A DNA stretch of 64,000 nucleotides from Hyphomonadaceae bacterium (lineage in GTDB: Bacteria; Pseudomonadota; Alphaproteobacteria; Caulobacterales; Hyphomonadaceae). Where the stretch lies: positions 1,362 to 65,361 of the forward strand of contig DAIRES010000002.1 in assembly GCA_036795465.1 (NCBI GenBank), written 5' to 3'. Shown one piece after another: positions 1 to 8,731 of the stretch. The position numbers were made by a program, and so were the translations under genes. Every line of letters begins with the position of its first letter. Within the stretch, counting starts at the first letter, position 1. The notes beneath the pieces were generated by a model that worked only from the letters and a program-made list of their open reading frames with translations, made no database searches and was not told the origin of the DNA.

Positions 1-311
1 CTGTCGTCCAGCCGCTCCGCCATCGGCGTTTCGACGTCTTCGATATCGGAAACCTGCGCCTCGTCCGGCATCGGCGCCTGCCGCGATGTCTTGCGCACGG
101 CATCGAGCGCCGCATTGCGCCCCACCATTATCAGCCACGAAGTCGGATCGCGTGGCGGCCCGTTGACGGTCCAGTTCCGCAGCGCCCGCAGGCACGCTTC
201 CTGATAGGCTTCCTCCGCTGTATCAAGATTGCGGAAATAGCGCAGCAGCGCAGCCACGGCCTGCGGCCGGGATGTCGTCAGCGCCCGCTCTATCCACGCC
301 GCGTCCGTCAC
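1..311 (-). CDS. ECF-type sigma-70 factor (COG4941-like), N-terminal ~103 codons; rest lies beyond window start
   Basis: The reverse frame is open from GTG at 311 to the window edge: VTDAAWIERALTTSRPQAVAALLRYFRNLDTAEEAYQEACLRALRNW..GPPRDPTSWLIMVGRNAALDAVRK (sigma region-2-like). It starts 4 nt after the stop of the YciI-like gene. It is absent from the ORF track because it is truncated. Confidence 0.7.
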   Translation of the reverse strand, partial: MTDAAWIERALTTSRPQAVAALLRYFRNLDTAEEAYQEACLRALRNWTVNGPPRDPTSWLIMVGRNAALDAVRKTSRQAPMPDEAQVSDIEDVETPMAERLDD

Positions 312-314
312 GCC

Positions 315-725
315 TCAGCCCGTCTTGCCGGAAGCATAGTCGCGCTCGGTCATATAGGCGCCATCGATCGGCGCGCCCGGCAGGTACAGCTGGATCGGTC
401 GCAGCTCATACGCACCGCCGGGATTGGCCTTGCCCAGCTCGCGCGCGAAGTTCAGGCCCTCTTCCAGATTGGCGACATCGATAATGTAGAACCCCAGCAG
501 CGCTTCCTTGGTCTCGGCATAGGGGCCGTCGATCACGAGATCCTTCTGCTTGTGCAACGTCGTCGCCGCCGACGTCGGCAGCAGGCGGATCGACGGCTTC
601 AGCTTGCCCGCCTTCTCCCATTTCTCATGGACGCCCGAGAGCGCCGTCATCACGGCGTCGTCCTGCTCCTTCGACCAGCCGCAGACCATCTCCTCGTTGT
701 TGTAGCAAAGAACCGCATACATCAT
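315..725 (-). CDS. YciI/DGPF-family protein
   Basis: 136-aa ORF with the DGPF/YciI-like signature IDGPYAETKEALLGFYIID. It is tightly coupled to the downstream sigma-factor gene. Confidence 0.8.
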   Translation of the reverse strand: MMYAVLCYNNEEMVCGWSKEQDDAVMTALSGVHEKWEKAGKLKPSIRLLPTSAATTLHKQKDLVIDGPYAETKEALLGFYIIDVANLEEGLNFARELGKANPGGAYELRPIQLYLPGAPIDGAYMTERDYASGKTG

Positions 726-815
726 CGCTCGCGCACCTCGTTTGACCTAAGGACGCACGAGGATAGCCCGGCCCGACAGGACCTTGCAAAAAGGCTGGAA
801 TGTACCCGGCAAAGC

Positions 816-1259
816 CTAGTGGAGACGCTTCATCGCCCGGTCCAGGTCCGTTTTCATGGCCTTCGCGGTGGCGTGGTCCACCGAAGCGCAAAGTTCCAGC
901 GGTCCCATCGCGATGCACAGCAGCGGATCGTCAGCCTTTTCCACCGGCGGCTCGATCGTCAGCTCCGCTGCATCGAACTGGATTCGCCGACCGTTCCGTA
1001 TCCGCCCCCTGAGCAATAGCGCGAGAAATTCGGTGACTGTCGTCTGCTCAAGCAGCCATTCGCGCTCTTCACCGCCGCTTTCGAACACCAACACAATGCC
1101 CTTGCGCCGGCCGGGCTCGATGCGAACCAGTTTCAGCGTCTGCAGCTTGCCATTCGGAACATCCCCACCCTTCGCAGGTGTATTGCTCTTGCGTCGCGCC
1201 AAATTCGCCTCCGGACGAAACGACCGTATGCGTGTCGCAACCTCGATGGACCTAGGCAT
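816..1259 (-). CDS. hypothetical protein
   Basis: 147-aa ORF with GC3-rich codon usage, 45 nt downstream of the LuxR-PAS gene on the same strand. No recognisable motif. Confidence 0.4.
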   Translation of the reverse strand: MPRSIEVATRIRSFRPEANLARRKSNTPAKGGDVPNGKLQTLKLVRIEPGRRKGIVLVFESGGEEREWLLEQTTVTEFLALLLRGRIRNGRRIQFDAAELTIEPPVEKADDPLLCIAMGPLELCASVDHATAKAMKTDLDRAMKRLH

Positions 1260-1303
1260 CCCCCTTGGAGCGCAGGAAAATTTCCGAGCTCGATACCGGA
1301 CCG

Positions 1304-2179
1304 TTACGTACCATTGACCAGCCAGCCACGGTCGATCGCATATCGCACAACATCGACGCGGCTTCTGAGTTCCAGCTTTTTCGTGGCGCTGCTGCGATGA
1401 AACTCCACCGTCTTCACGGCGATGCCGAGCTGGGCGCCGATCTCCTTGCGGGAGTTGCCCCAGGCCATCAGGCGCAGAACCTCCTCCTCGCGTGGTGAAA
1501 GCCCGTCCGGGTGCCTGTTCTTCTGCAGGCCTTCAAAGCCCATCGTTCTGGCAATATCGCGTTGCGCTTCAGCGGCGCTATCACTCTTGTCCGCCACGCG
1601 TCGGATCGTTGCGACTAACGTATCGACAAAGCGCTGCTGCAGGCGATCAAAGCGCTGTTCATAGGCCTGCTGTTCAAGTTCGATATCCTGCATCAGCACC
1701 AGCCCGGCCGATTGTCCGTTTGCATCAACAAAAGGTGTCGAGAACAGGCGCAGCCTTCGCTGCTGGTCGGTATCAGGCAGATAGATAGCGTCTGCGCAAT
1801 TCATGGTGTGGCCGCCACGCAGCGTACGTTCGCTGGGCCAGTGCGATGGATCGAGCAGATTTCCCCCGTCGTCGAAGACGCGCCACTTCTTGACTTGCTC
1901 AGCGTCGCGAGAGGGAATCACATCGCCGAAAATGTCACGCATTGTCCCATTCAACGCGATGAACCGTCCGTTGGCGTCAATCAGGCCAATTGCGACGGGC
2001 AGCTTTTCCAGCGCCTCCGCAAGCCACAGGTACTTCTGAACCTCGAAGTCCTGACCGTTCTTCGGATCGTGTCGCGCCAAGGCTAGCCCCCGCTCCCTCG
2101 CCCACCCGGAACGACGCAATCTGGAACCGATCGCTTGGCGTTCCTGAGTCGAGCATAGGGCGAAGTTGGCCACCAGCAC
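1304..2179 (-). CDS. LuxR-family transcriptional regulator with PAS-like sensor domain
   Basis: C-terminal LuxR/GerE HTH (LSPREEEVLRLMAWGNSRKEIGAQLGIAVKTVEFHRSSATKKL). Central PAS-like segment (LPVAIGLIDANGRFIALNGTMRDIFG). Confidence 0.8.
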   Translation of the reverse strand: MLVANFALCSTQERQAIGSRLRRSGWARERGLALARHDPKNGQDFEVQKYLWLAEALEKLPVAIGLIDANGRFIALNGTMRDIFGDVIPSRDAEQVKKWRVFDDGGNLLDPSHWPSERTLRGGHTMNCADAIYLPDTDQQRRLRLFSTPFVDANGQSAGLVLMQDIELEQQAYEQRFDRLQQRFVDTLVATIRRVADKSDSAAEAQRDIARTMGFEGLQKNRHPDGLSPREEEVLRLMAWGNSRKEIGAQLGIAVKTVEFHRSSATKKLELRSRVDVVRYAIDRGWLVNGT

Positions 2180-2200
2180 AGGGCTTGTGGGCGATATCGA

Positions 2201-4387
2201 TCAGAAAGTTCCGGATACCCGAACGGCAAACCACTGCGTTCCCTCCGGGCCGCCCTTCTGTTTGCGCTCTTCAGTGCGCTGCAGCACGTCAGATGCTCGG
2301 CTGCCGGCGAAGAAGCTGCGAATGCGTGTCTCTTCCACGTGGAAGATGTTCGTCACCGAAGCGCGTACAGTGACGCCGGGGATTTGCGTGGTTTCGAGGA
2401 ACAGTTCGAGGCTGCTGCCGGGACGATCGAACGCGATCTCTTCGAGATACTTGTATTCGAACTTGTCCGAAGTGCCCTTCGCGCTTCCGCCCCACGCCGA
2501 CTTCCAGTCCGGCAATTCCTGACGATACGAAACGTTGTAGGTCCAGTCGCGCTCGTTCGAGAAGCGGCGCGCTTCACCCGTCAGCGGATCGGTCACGTCC
2601 GTTTCCTGATACATGCCAGAGAAGCGCACTTCGGCATTCTCGATGAAGCCAGCCAACGGAAGCGTTCCGCGCACTTCAACACCCGTGCGTGTGCCATCTC
2701 CGATATTGCCCGGCGCATCATAAGTGCGCAGGTTCGAAGGATCGCACGGCGTTTGTCCGATGACCGAGCAGATGGTGCGCGGAATGAAATCCTGCACGTC
2801 CTCGACCTGGTCGTAGAACACCGCAAGCGTCACCGCGCCGCGCTTGCCGAACTTGCGCTCCCACTCTACGCGCGCCTTCCACGTCTTCTCGGGCTCCAGA
2901 TCGGGATTGCCGATCAGGCTCGATTCATCGACCACATTGATCGACGTGCCGAACTCCGCGAAGTCGAGTTGCGCCACTTCGCGCGAAACGCTGCCGCGAA
3001 GCTGATCTGTTTCTCCCGCCTGCCATGTCGCGATCATGCGCGGCTTGGGATATGAGAACTCCCGCTCCTTCACCTCATCGCCCGACTGCTTGATCGTCGA
3101 TGCCTCATAGATGAAGCCGCTCTCGAGCGTCAGCTGCGGCGAGATCTTCCAGACGTCGGTGATGAAGGGCTCGACCCGCGTCTCCTCGACGCGCGTATCC
3201 GAAACAGGCAGCACGGTCGCCACCGGCCCAGCGCCCGTGTCGTTGAAGATATCGAGCGTCACTTCGCGGAAGTTGAACGCACCTTCCATGCCGATATCGA
3301 TCGTGTGTGCGCTGTTGGGGCGCCATGTCGCAAAGCCCCGCGCCACACGCTCGCCGCCTTCGGTCGTGCGATTGATCGTGCGCAGTGTTGCAAGGCCATC
3401 CGGCCCGGCCATGCCCGTCGGTGTGAAGATGTGGAAGACGTCGTCCTGATCGACGCCAGTGAATGTCGCCAGCGCAATACCCTTGACCGAAAGCTCCGGG
3501 GAGAACCGGTGCTCCCAATCCGCGCCGACTTCGGCGGTATAATTGTTCGTGTAGTCGACGAAGCCGAAGGTGCCCCGCTCGAACGCGCCGGACGGCGCGA
3601 AATCGATCGACCCGATATTGGTCGTGTTCCACGTCGGCGCGATCTGCAGGTTGGCGCCCACCGTATCCTGCGCCGTGGGCCGCCATTTCAGCACGCCCGA
3701 GCCCTGCACGCCGATCTGGTTTGGCTGGCCGAACTGCTCGCGATACTTGGTCAGACCGCCAGATGCGTTGCGCACTGCCTCGAAGCTTTCGGTCCGGCCA
3801 CGCAGGTTGGGCAGCTGGAAATCGAGCGTCACATCCGCCGTCTCGCCCAACGAGAAGGATTTCGTGACCTGAAACTGCCCGCCGATCCGTTCGGAGTATT
3901 GCAGCTCGCGCAAATCCACCACCCAGGTGCCGGGCGAGCCGCCCGTCTTCACCTGCTTCAGCACCACGTTGACCAGCTGCGTCTGTCCCCGGACGTCGAC
4001 GTTCGAGGCAGAGCCGGAGATCAGCTCGATCCTCGCGACCGAATCCGCCGGGATACGCTTGAGCTGTTCGGAGATGAGCACTTTAGACGAGGGCCGCTCG
4101 CCATTCACCAGCACGTTGCCCGCTGTCGCGCCAAAGCCGCGCAATACCTCGCCGTCTTCAATCTCGAATCCCGGCACGCGGTTGACCATGTCGGCGGCCG
4201 TGACCGGGTTGTACTGCTTGAAGAAGGCGACATCGAAGATCTGCACGCCTTCAGACGCGGCGCGGGGGGCGGGCTGCGTCGGCTGTGTGGGCGCCTGCTG
4301 CGCCATCGCCGCCGGGCTCATGCCCGCGGCAAGCGCAATAAGTCCGATCGCCCGTTTTACCGGGCGCCTCAGCTTGACGCCGTCCAT
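2201..4387 (-). CDS. TonB-dependent receptor
   Basis: 728 aa. Signal peptide ending AAMAQQ, plug-like N-terminus (ADMVNRVPGFEI, RGFGATAGNVLVNGERP), long beta-rich body, terminal aromatic residue (..RVSGTF). Confidence 0.85.
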   Translation of the reverse strand: MDGVKLRRPVKRAIGLIALAAGMSPAAMAQQAPTQPTQPAPRAASEGVQIFDVAFFKQYNPVTAADMVNRVPGFEIEDGEVLRGFGATAGNVLVNGERPSSKVLISEQLKRIPADSVARIELISGSASNVDVRGQTQLVNVVLKQVKTGGSPGTWVVDLRELQYSERIGGQFQVTKSFSLGETADVTLDFQLPNLRGRTESFEAVRNASGGLTKYREQFGQPNQIGVQGSGVLKWRPTAQDTVGANLQIAPTWNTTNIGSIDFAPSGAFERGTFGFVDYTNNYTAEVGADWEHRFSPELSVKGIALATFTGVDQDDVFHIFTPTGMAGPDGLATLRTINRTTEGGERVARGFATWRPNSAHTIDIGMEGAFNFREVTLDIFNDTGAGPVATVLPVSDTRVEETRVEPFITDVWKISPQLTLESGFIYEASTIKQSGDEVKEREFSYPKPRMIATWQAGETDQLRGSVSREVAQLDFAEFGTSINVVDESSLIGNPDLEPEKTWKARVEWERKFGKRGAVTLAVFYDQVEDVQDFIPRTICSVIGQTPCDPSNLRTYDAPGNIGDGTRTGVEVRGTLPLAGFIENAEVRFSGMYQETDVTDPLTGEARRFSNERDWTYNVSYRQELPDWKSAWGGSAKGTSDKFEYKYLEEIAFDRPGSSLELFLETTQIPGVTVRASVTNIFHVEETRIRSFFAGSRASDVLQRTEERKQKGGPEGTQWFAVRVSGTF

Positions 4388-4501
4388 TGCCGTCCTCCCC
4401 GACGTATGTAAGTTCGTTTTCTGAACTCAGTCTCGGCTGGTTCCCGGATACGGTCAATTGCCACGGGGACTCGCGCGCGGACACGAACACGGGAGGTTCA
4501 C

Positions 4502-4960
4502 GTGCGATGGAGTGAGATCGACACCATTCCCTGCCCGCTCGCACAGGCCATGTCGGTCATCGGCGACAGCTGGACCCTGCTTATCCTGCGCGATGCGATG
4601 CGGGGCGCGCGGAAATTCGACGAGTTCCAGCAATCGATACGTGCATCACGCGCTATTGTATCCGAACGCCTCGGCCACCTTGTCGAACATGGTGTGATGG
4701 AAAAGGTACAGTACGAAGCGCACCCGCCGCGCTTCGAATATCGCCTCACCGATCGCGGCCGCGCGCTGCAGCCCGTCATGATGACCATGGCGCACTGGGC
4801 GGAGACGCACATGCCCAAACGCGTCCGCCCGCCCAACCGCCGCCACACCGCCTGCGGACATAAGTTTCACCCGGTCGTCACCTGCTCGGAGTGCGGAGAA
4901 ACAGTAACGCCGGAGACCATCGTGTTCGACAGATCTTTGGCGTCTTCTGGATCCAGGTAA
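4502..4960 (+). CDS. HxlR-family transcriptional regulator with Cys-rich C-terminal tail
   Basis: GTG start with GGGAGG just upstream. HxlR winged-helix signature CPLAQAMSVIGDSWTLLILRDA..FDEF..RLTDRG. Extra tail HTACGHKFHPVVTCSECGE. Confidence 0.85.
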   Translation: MRWSEIDTIPCPLAQAMSVIGDSWTLLILRDAMRGARKFDEFQQSIRASRAIVSERLGHLVEHGVMEKVQYEAHPPRFEYRLTDRGRALQPVMMTMAHWAETHMPKRVRPPNRRHTACGHKFHPVVTCSECGETVTPETIVFDRSLASSGSR

Positions 4961-5108
4961 AAGGGCGAGGGGCGGGCCGCGGGAGGACGAAGATGCGGTC
5001 GCACTAGACGATCCCATTCCGGACGGGGGCCGGGACCGGCAGGCCGCAATCGGTGCGGCCCGCCTCTCTATCCGCTTGCACCGGGGAGGCGCGGCGGAAT
5101 TCGTGTTG

Positions 5109-7562
5109 CTAGAAGCTCCCTCTCAGAGTGACGCCATAGGTGCGCGGATCGCCGAGAAGGCCGGCATAGTAGCCCGAGCTGGAACCGCCAGCGTTGAGCA
5201 TCTCGAAGTAATCCTCGTCGAGCGCGTTGCGGGTCCAGCCATAGAAATCCCAGCCGTCATCGCCACGGAAGCCGGCGCGGGCATTCACCAGCGTGTAGCC
5301 GTCGATGTTGAGATAGTCGGACTCGGTGGCGCTGGATGAGAATTCCGAGCGGTAGCTGGCGTCGAGCGCGATGAAGAACTCGCCCTGACGTTTCGCGAAC
5401 TCGCCGTCGACCTTGTATTCGCCGCCGAACGAAGCAGCCCAGAGCGACAGGCCCGGCAGGCGCGTGCCCGAAGCATCGACGAAGCCGATGGCGCCGCCCG
5501 AGTCTTCCAGCGCCGGAGGCGCCTCAGTGAAGCTCTCATACTTGCCGTCGGTGTAGGCGAGGTTGCCATTCAGGTTGAAGTTGTCGTTGACGCGCCACGA
5601 CCCGTCGAACTCGACGCCCTGCACCAGCACTTCGTCTGCGTTGGCGAGATAGCCGCGCAGCGTGCCCGACTGGTTCGATGAAACGCTGACTTGGAAGTCG
5701 TTGATCGTGGTGTGGAAGGCCGTGATGTTGGCGACCACGCCCGGGAACGGCTCTGTCTTCAGGCCGATCTCGATATGCTTGGTGTCTTCCGGCTTGATCG
5801 ACGCCAGCTCGAGGACAGGCTGGTTGGCGCTGTCGAGCGGGATGCCATTGTTGTTCAGGCCGAACGTCTTGAACGCCGTCGAATAGGTTGCGTAGGCGTG
5901 ATAATTGTCGGCGATGTCGTAGGCGACCGTCAGCTGGCCGGAAACGTTGTCGTCCTCGCCTTCCGATTCATAAGACAGCGGGGTCAGAATGCTGCGCTGC
6001 AGGTTCCAGCCCGCCGTGTTCGGCGCATACTGCGTGCCGCCATAGGTGCGCGAGCGATAATAGCCGCTCTTCTCGTCGAAGTTCACGCGCAGACCCGGCA
6101 GGATGCGGAGCTTGTCGCTCACCTTCCATTCGAGCTGGCCGAACAGAGCCTGGCTCGTGTGGTCCGAACGGATCTCGACGCGTTGGCCATAGCCTGTCAG
6201 CGCGCCTGCAAGACCGAGCGCCTGGTTGGCGTTCGTCGGGTTGGTCAGCCAGCGCCACGCCGCCGAGCCCTGCTCTTCACGGCCGAGCGTCTTGGTCACC
6301 TGGTTGAACCAGAAGGCGCCGACGACGTAGTTCAGGTTCTCGCCGAAATCGCCCGCGTAGCGGACCTCTTGCGACCACTGGTAGGATTTCGACGGGTTCT
6401 GCGACAGCGTGCGGATCGGCAGGCCGAGGAAGTCGCGATCGTTTGAAGGATCCCAGATCCAGTAACGCCAGGCCGAGATCGCCGAAAGCGTACCGCCGCC
6501 AACATCCCAATCGACGTTCAGGGCGACGCCGCCGAGATCAGAGTTGGAGCGGTGCGGCGTGTCGAGGTCGGTGACACGATCGAACGGATTGGTCGAAGGC
6601 GGGGCGTAATTGTAGTACGCCGCCTGCGCTGCGTACTGGCGGTTGAGCGGGCGCTGCGTTGGCACGACGCCGGCAAACACCTGCGCGTAACCTTCGGGGC
6701 GCTGCACGGTGTTGTCCGCCGACAGCTTGATGTCCAGCGTATCGCTGGGCCGCCACAGCAGCTGGGCGCGTGCGCCAATATTGCTGATGTCGTTGAGATC
6801 ATCTTGATCGGTCGTGTTCCACAGCACGCCGTCGCGCTGGGTGCCGGAGAACGACACGCGGTAGGCCACATTGTCCGTCAGCGGGCCCGTGGTCGTGGCC
6901 TTGGCCTGGAAGTAGCCGAGATTGCCGTAGCTGAGCTCGACATCAGTCGATGGCGTGAACTCAGGCGCCTTGGTCGTCACGTTGATCGCGCCGGCGGTGG
7001 TGTTCTTGCCGTACAGCGTGCCCTGCGGGCCGCGCAGGACTTCGACCTGCTCGATATCGATGAAGTCCATCACCGCCGAAGCCGGGCGGGCAAAATAGAC
7101 GCCGTCGACATAGAGACCGACACCCTGCTCGATACCGTCATTGGTGAGGCCGAACGGAGCGCCAAGGCCGCGGATGTTGACCTGGGTGTTGCGCGGGTTG
7201 GTCGAATAGAACTGAACCGACGGGACAAGCTGGTTCAGCTTGCCGATGTTGAAGGCGCCCGTATCGGCCAGGAAGTTATCCGAAAGCACGGACACCGGGA
7301 TCGGCACGTCCTGGACGTCTTCCTCGACACGGCGGGCCGTCACGATCACCCGGTCGCCCGGCTGGATGGCGGCCGGCACAGCCTGTTGGTCATCGGCGCT
7401 CGGACCAGCCGGGTTGGCTACGGTTTCCTGCGGAACTGGCGCATCGGGACCTGCTTGGGCAAAAGCCGGCGCGGCCGAGAGCAACGCAAGTGCAGCAAAG
7501 GAAATTCCGTGGCCAAAACGGTTACTCGACTGATACCGTGTAGTTTCGACAACGCGCGTCAT
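5109..7562 (-). CDS. TonB-dependent receptor
   Basis: 817 aa. Signal peptide (..APAFAQA), plug motifs (IEQVEVLRGPQGTLYGKNTTAGAINV), C-terminal ..TLRGSF. Confidence 0.9.
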   Translation of the reverse strand: MTRVVETTRYQSSNRFGHGISFAALALLSAAPAFAQAGPDAPVPQETVANPAGPSADDQQAVPAAIQPGDRVIVTARRVEEDVQDVPIPVSVLSDNFLADTGAFNIGKLNQLVPSVQFYSTNPRNTQVNIRGLGAPFGLTNDGIEQGVGLYVDGVYFARPASAVMDFIDIEQVEVLRGPQGTLYGKNTTAGAINVTTKAPEFTPSTDVELSYGNLGYFQAKATTTGPLTDNVAYRVSFSGTQRDGVLWNTTDQDDLNDISNIGARAQLLWRPSDTLDIKLSADNTVQRPEGYAQVFAGVVPTQRPLNRQYAAQAAYYNYAPPSTNPFDRVTDLDTPHRSNSDLGGVALNVDWDVGGGTLSAISAWRYWIWDPSNDRDFLGLPIRTLSQNPSKSYQWSQEVRYAGDFGENLNYVVGAFWFNQVTKTLGREEQGSAAWRWLTNPTNANQALGLAGALTGYGQRVEIRSDHTSQALFGQLEWKVSDKLRILPGLRVNFDEKSGYYRSRTYGGTQYAPNTAGWNLQRSILTPLSYESEGEDDNVSGQLTVAYDIADNYHAYATYSTAFKTFGLNNNGIPLDSANQPVLELASIKPEDTKHIEIGLKTEPFPGVVANITAFHTTINDFQVSVSSNQSGTLRGYLANADEVLVQGVEFDGSWRVNDNFNLNGNLAYTDGKYESFTEAPPALEDSGGAIGFVDASGTRLPGLSLWAASFGGEYKVDGEFAKRQGEFFIALDASYRSEFSSSATESDYLNIDGYTLVNARAGFRGDDGWDFYGWTRNALDEDYFEMLNAGGSSSGYYAGLLGDPRTYGVTLRGSF

Positions 7563-7738
7563 GGTCCGTCCTCATGCATAGCGCAGCAATCCCCGCGCCC
7601 TTCACAAACAGACAACCTTAAACACGACTAATCAGGTAGTATTACTTGGCTTTAGATTTTCTAGCCCAACCAAGGCTTGTTAAATGCGAGCTGGAATTCA
7701 GCTCCCTCAGGAAGCTGTAACCCCGACCTCCTTCGGCA

Positions 7739-8257
7739 ATGGCGTTAACGGCCCTTTTTCCTCGCCGGTCGCGCCCCCACGTGGTAGCTTCCGCGACGTT
7801 CAGAAACCTAAGGACATCCGCCCTGCCCGCAGTTCGCAGCTCCAAGACCGGCAAGAGTTCAGTCTCGAAACCGGCCGCCACCCCGCCCAAGCCGGCCACA
7901 CCCGATCCGCTCGAACTGGCCCGCCTGGTCGCCCAGCAGCTCGACGACGACAAGGCCGAGAACATTCTCAACATCCCGCTCGCCGGAAAATCGCCGATGG
8001 CCGACGCCATGGTCGTGGCTTCCGGCCGTTCGGCCCGTCACGTCGCCGCGCTGGCGGACCACGTCTCGCGCAAGCTGAAGGAAGTGGGCGTCGGCACGGT
8101 CCGTGTCGAAGGCCTGCCGAATGCCGACTGGGTGCTGATCGATGCGGGCGACATCATCGTCCACATCTTCCGCCCCGAAGTGCGCGAGTTCTACAATCTT
8201 GAGCGCATCTGGTCGTCAGACGCCCCGCCGACCGCGCGCGCCGCTACCGCCAACTAG
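7739..8257 (+). CDS. rsfS: ribosome silencing factor RsfS (iojap-like)
   Basis: The C-terminal two-thirds match RsfS (LDDDKAENILNIPLAGKSPMADAMVVASGRSARHVAALADHV..WVLIDAGDIIVHIF). The basic N-terminal extension makes the start uncertain. Confidence 0.8.
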   Translation: MALTALFPRRSRPHVVASATFRNLRTSALPAVRSSKTGKSSVSKPAATPPKPATPDPLELARLVAQQLDDDKAENILNIPLAGKSPMADAMVVASGRSARHVAALADHVSRKLKEVGVGTVRVEGLPNADWVLIDAGDIIVHIFRPEVREFYNLERIWSSDAPPTARAATAN

Positions 8258-8272
8258 GCGCGAGCGCCCCAC

Positions 8273-8731
8273 GTGCGCATCCGTATCCTCTGCGTAGGAC
8301 GCATGAAGGACGGACCCGAGCGCGAGCTTGTGGACGACTATCTCACGCGCGCGCAAAAGAGCGGGAAGTCGCTCGGCTATCGCGCCGTCGAGGAAATCGA
8401 GATCCCGTCCAGCACAAAGGATGACGAGGGCACGCGCCTGCTGGCGAAGCACGGACAGGGCATCCTGATCCGCCTCGACGAGCACGGCGAAGCGTGGGGT
8501 TCACAGGACCTGTCCAAACGCCTGGCCCGCTGGCGCGATGCCGGCGAGGATGCCGTCAGCTTTGTCATCGGCGGCGCCGACGGAACATCGCCCGCGATCG
8601 CCGCCGCAGCCCGTCACACCATCAGTTTCGGCATCCAGACCTGGCCCCACCGCCTTGTCCGCGTGATGATCGCCGAGCAGGTCTATCGCGCCCTTTCGAT
8701 CGAGGCCGGATCACCTTACCACCGTGAATGA
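8273..8731 (+). CDS. rlmH: 23S rRNA (pseudouridine1915-N3)-methyltransferase RlmH
   Basis: GTG start. SPOUT/RlmH-like sequence (MRIRILCVGRMK.., FVIGGADG, SFGIQTWPHRLVRVMIAEQVYRA). Conserved position after rsfS. Confidence 0.85.
   Translation: MRIRILCVGRMKDGPERELVDDYLTRAQKSGKSLGYRAVEEIEIPSSTKDDEGTRLLAKHGQGILIRLDEHGEAWGSQDLSKRLARWRDAGEDAVSFVIGGADGTSPAIAAAARHTISFGIQTWPHRLVRVMIAEQVYRALSIEAGSPYHRE

Noticed and set aside
7625-7645. Fur-box-like AT-rich sequence (CTAATCAGGTAGTATTAC) upstream of the 817-aa TonB-dependent receptor
   Set aside because: Only about 8 of 19 positions match the Fur consensus when aligned by eye. That is not better than expected for an AT-rich promoter region.
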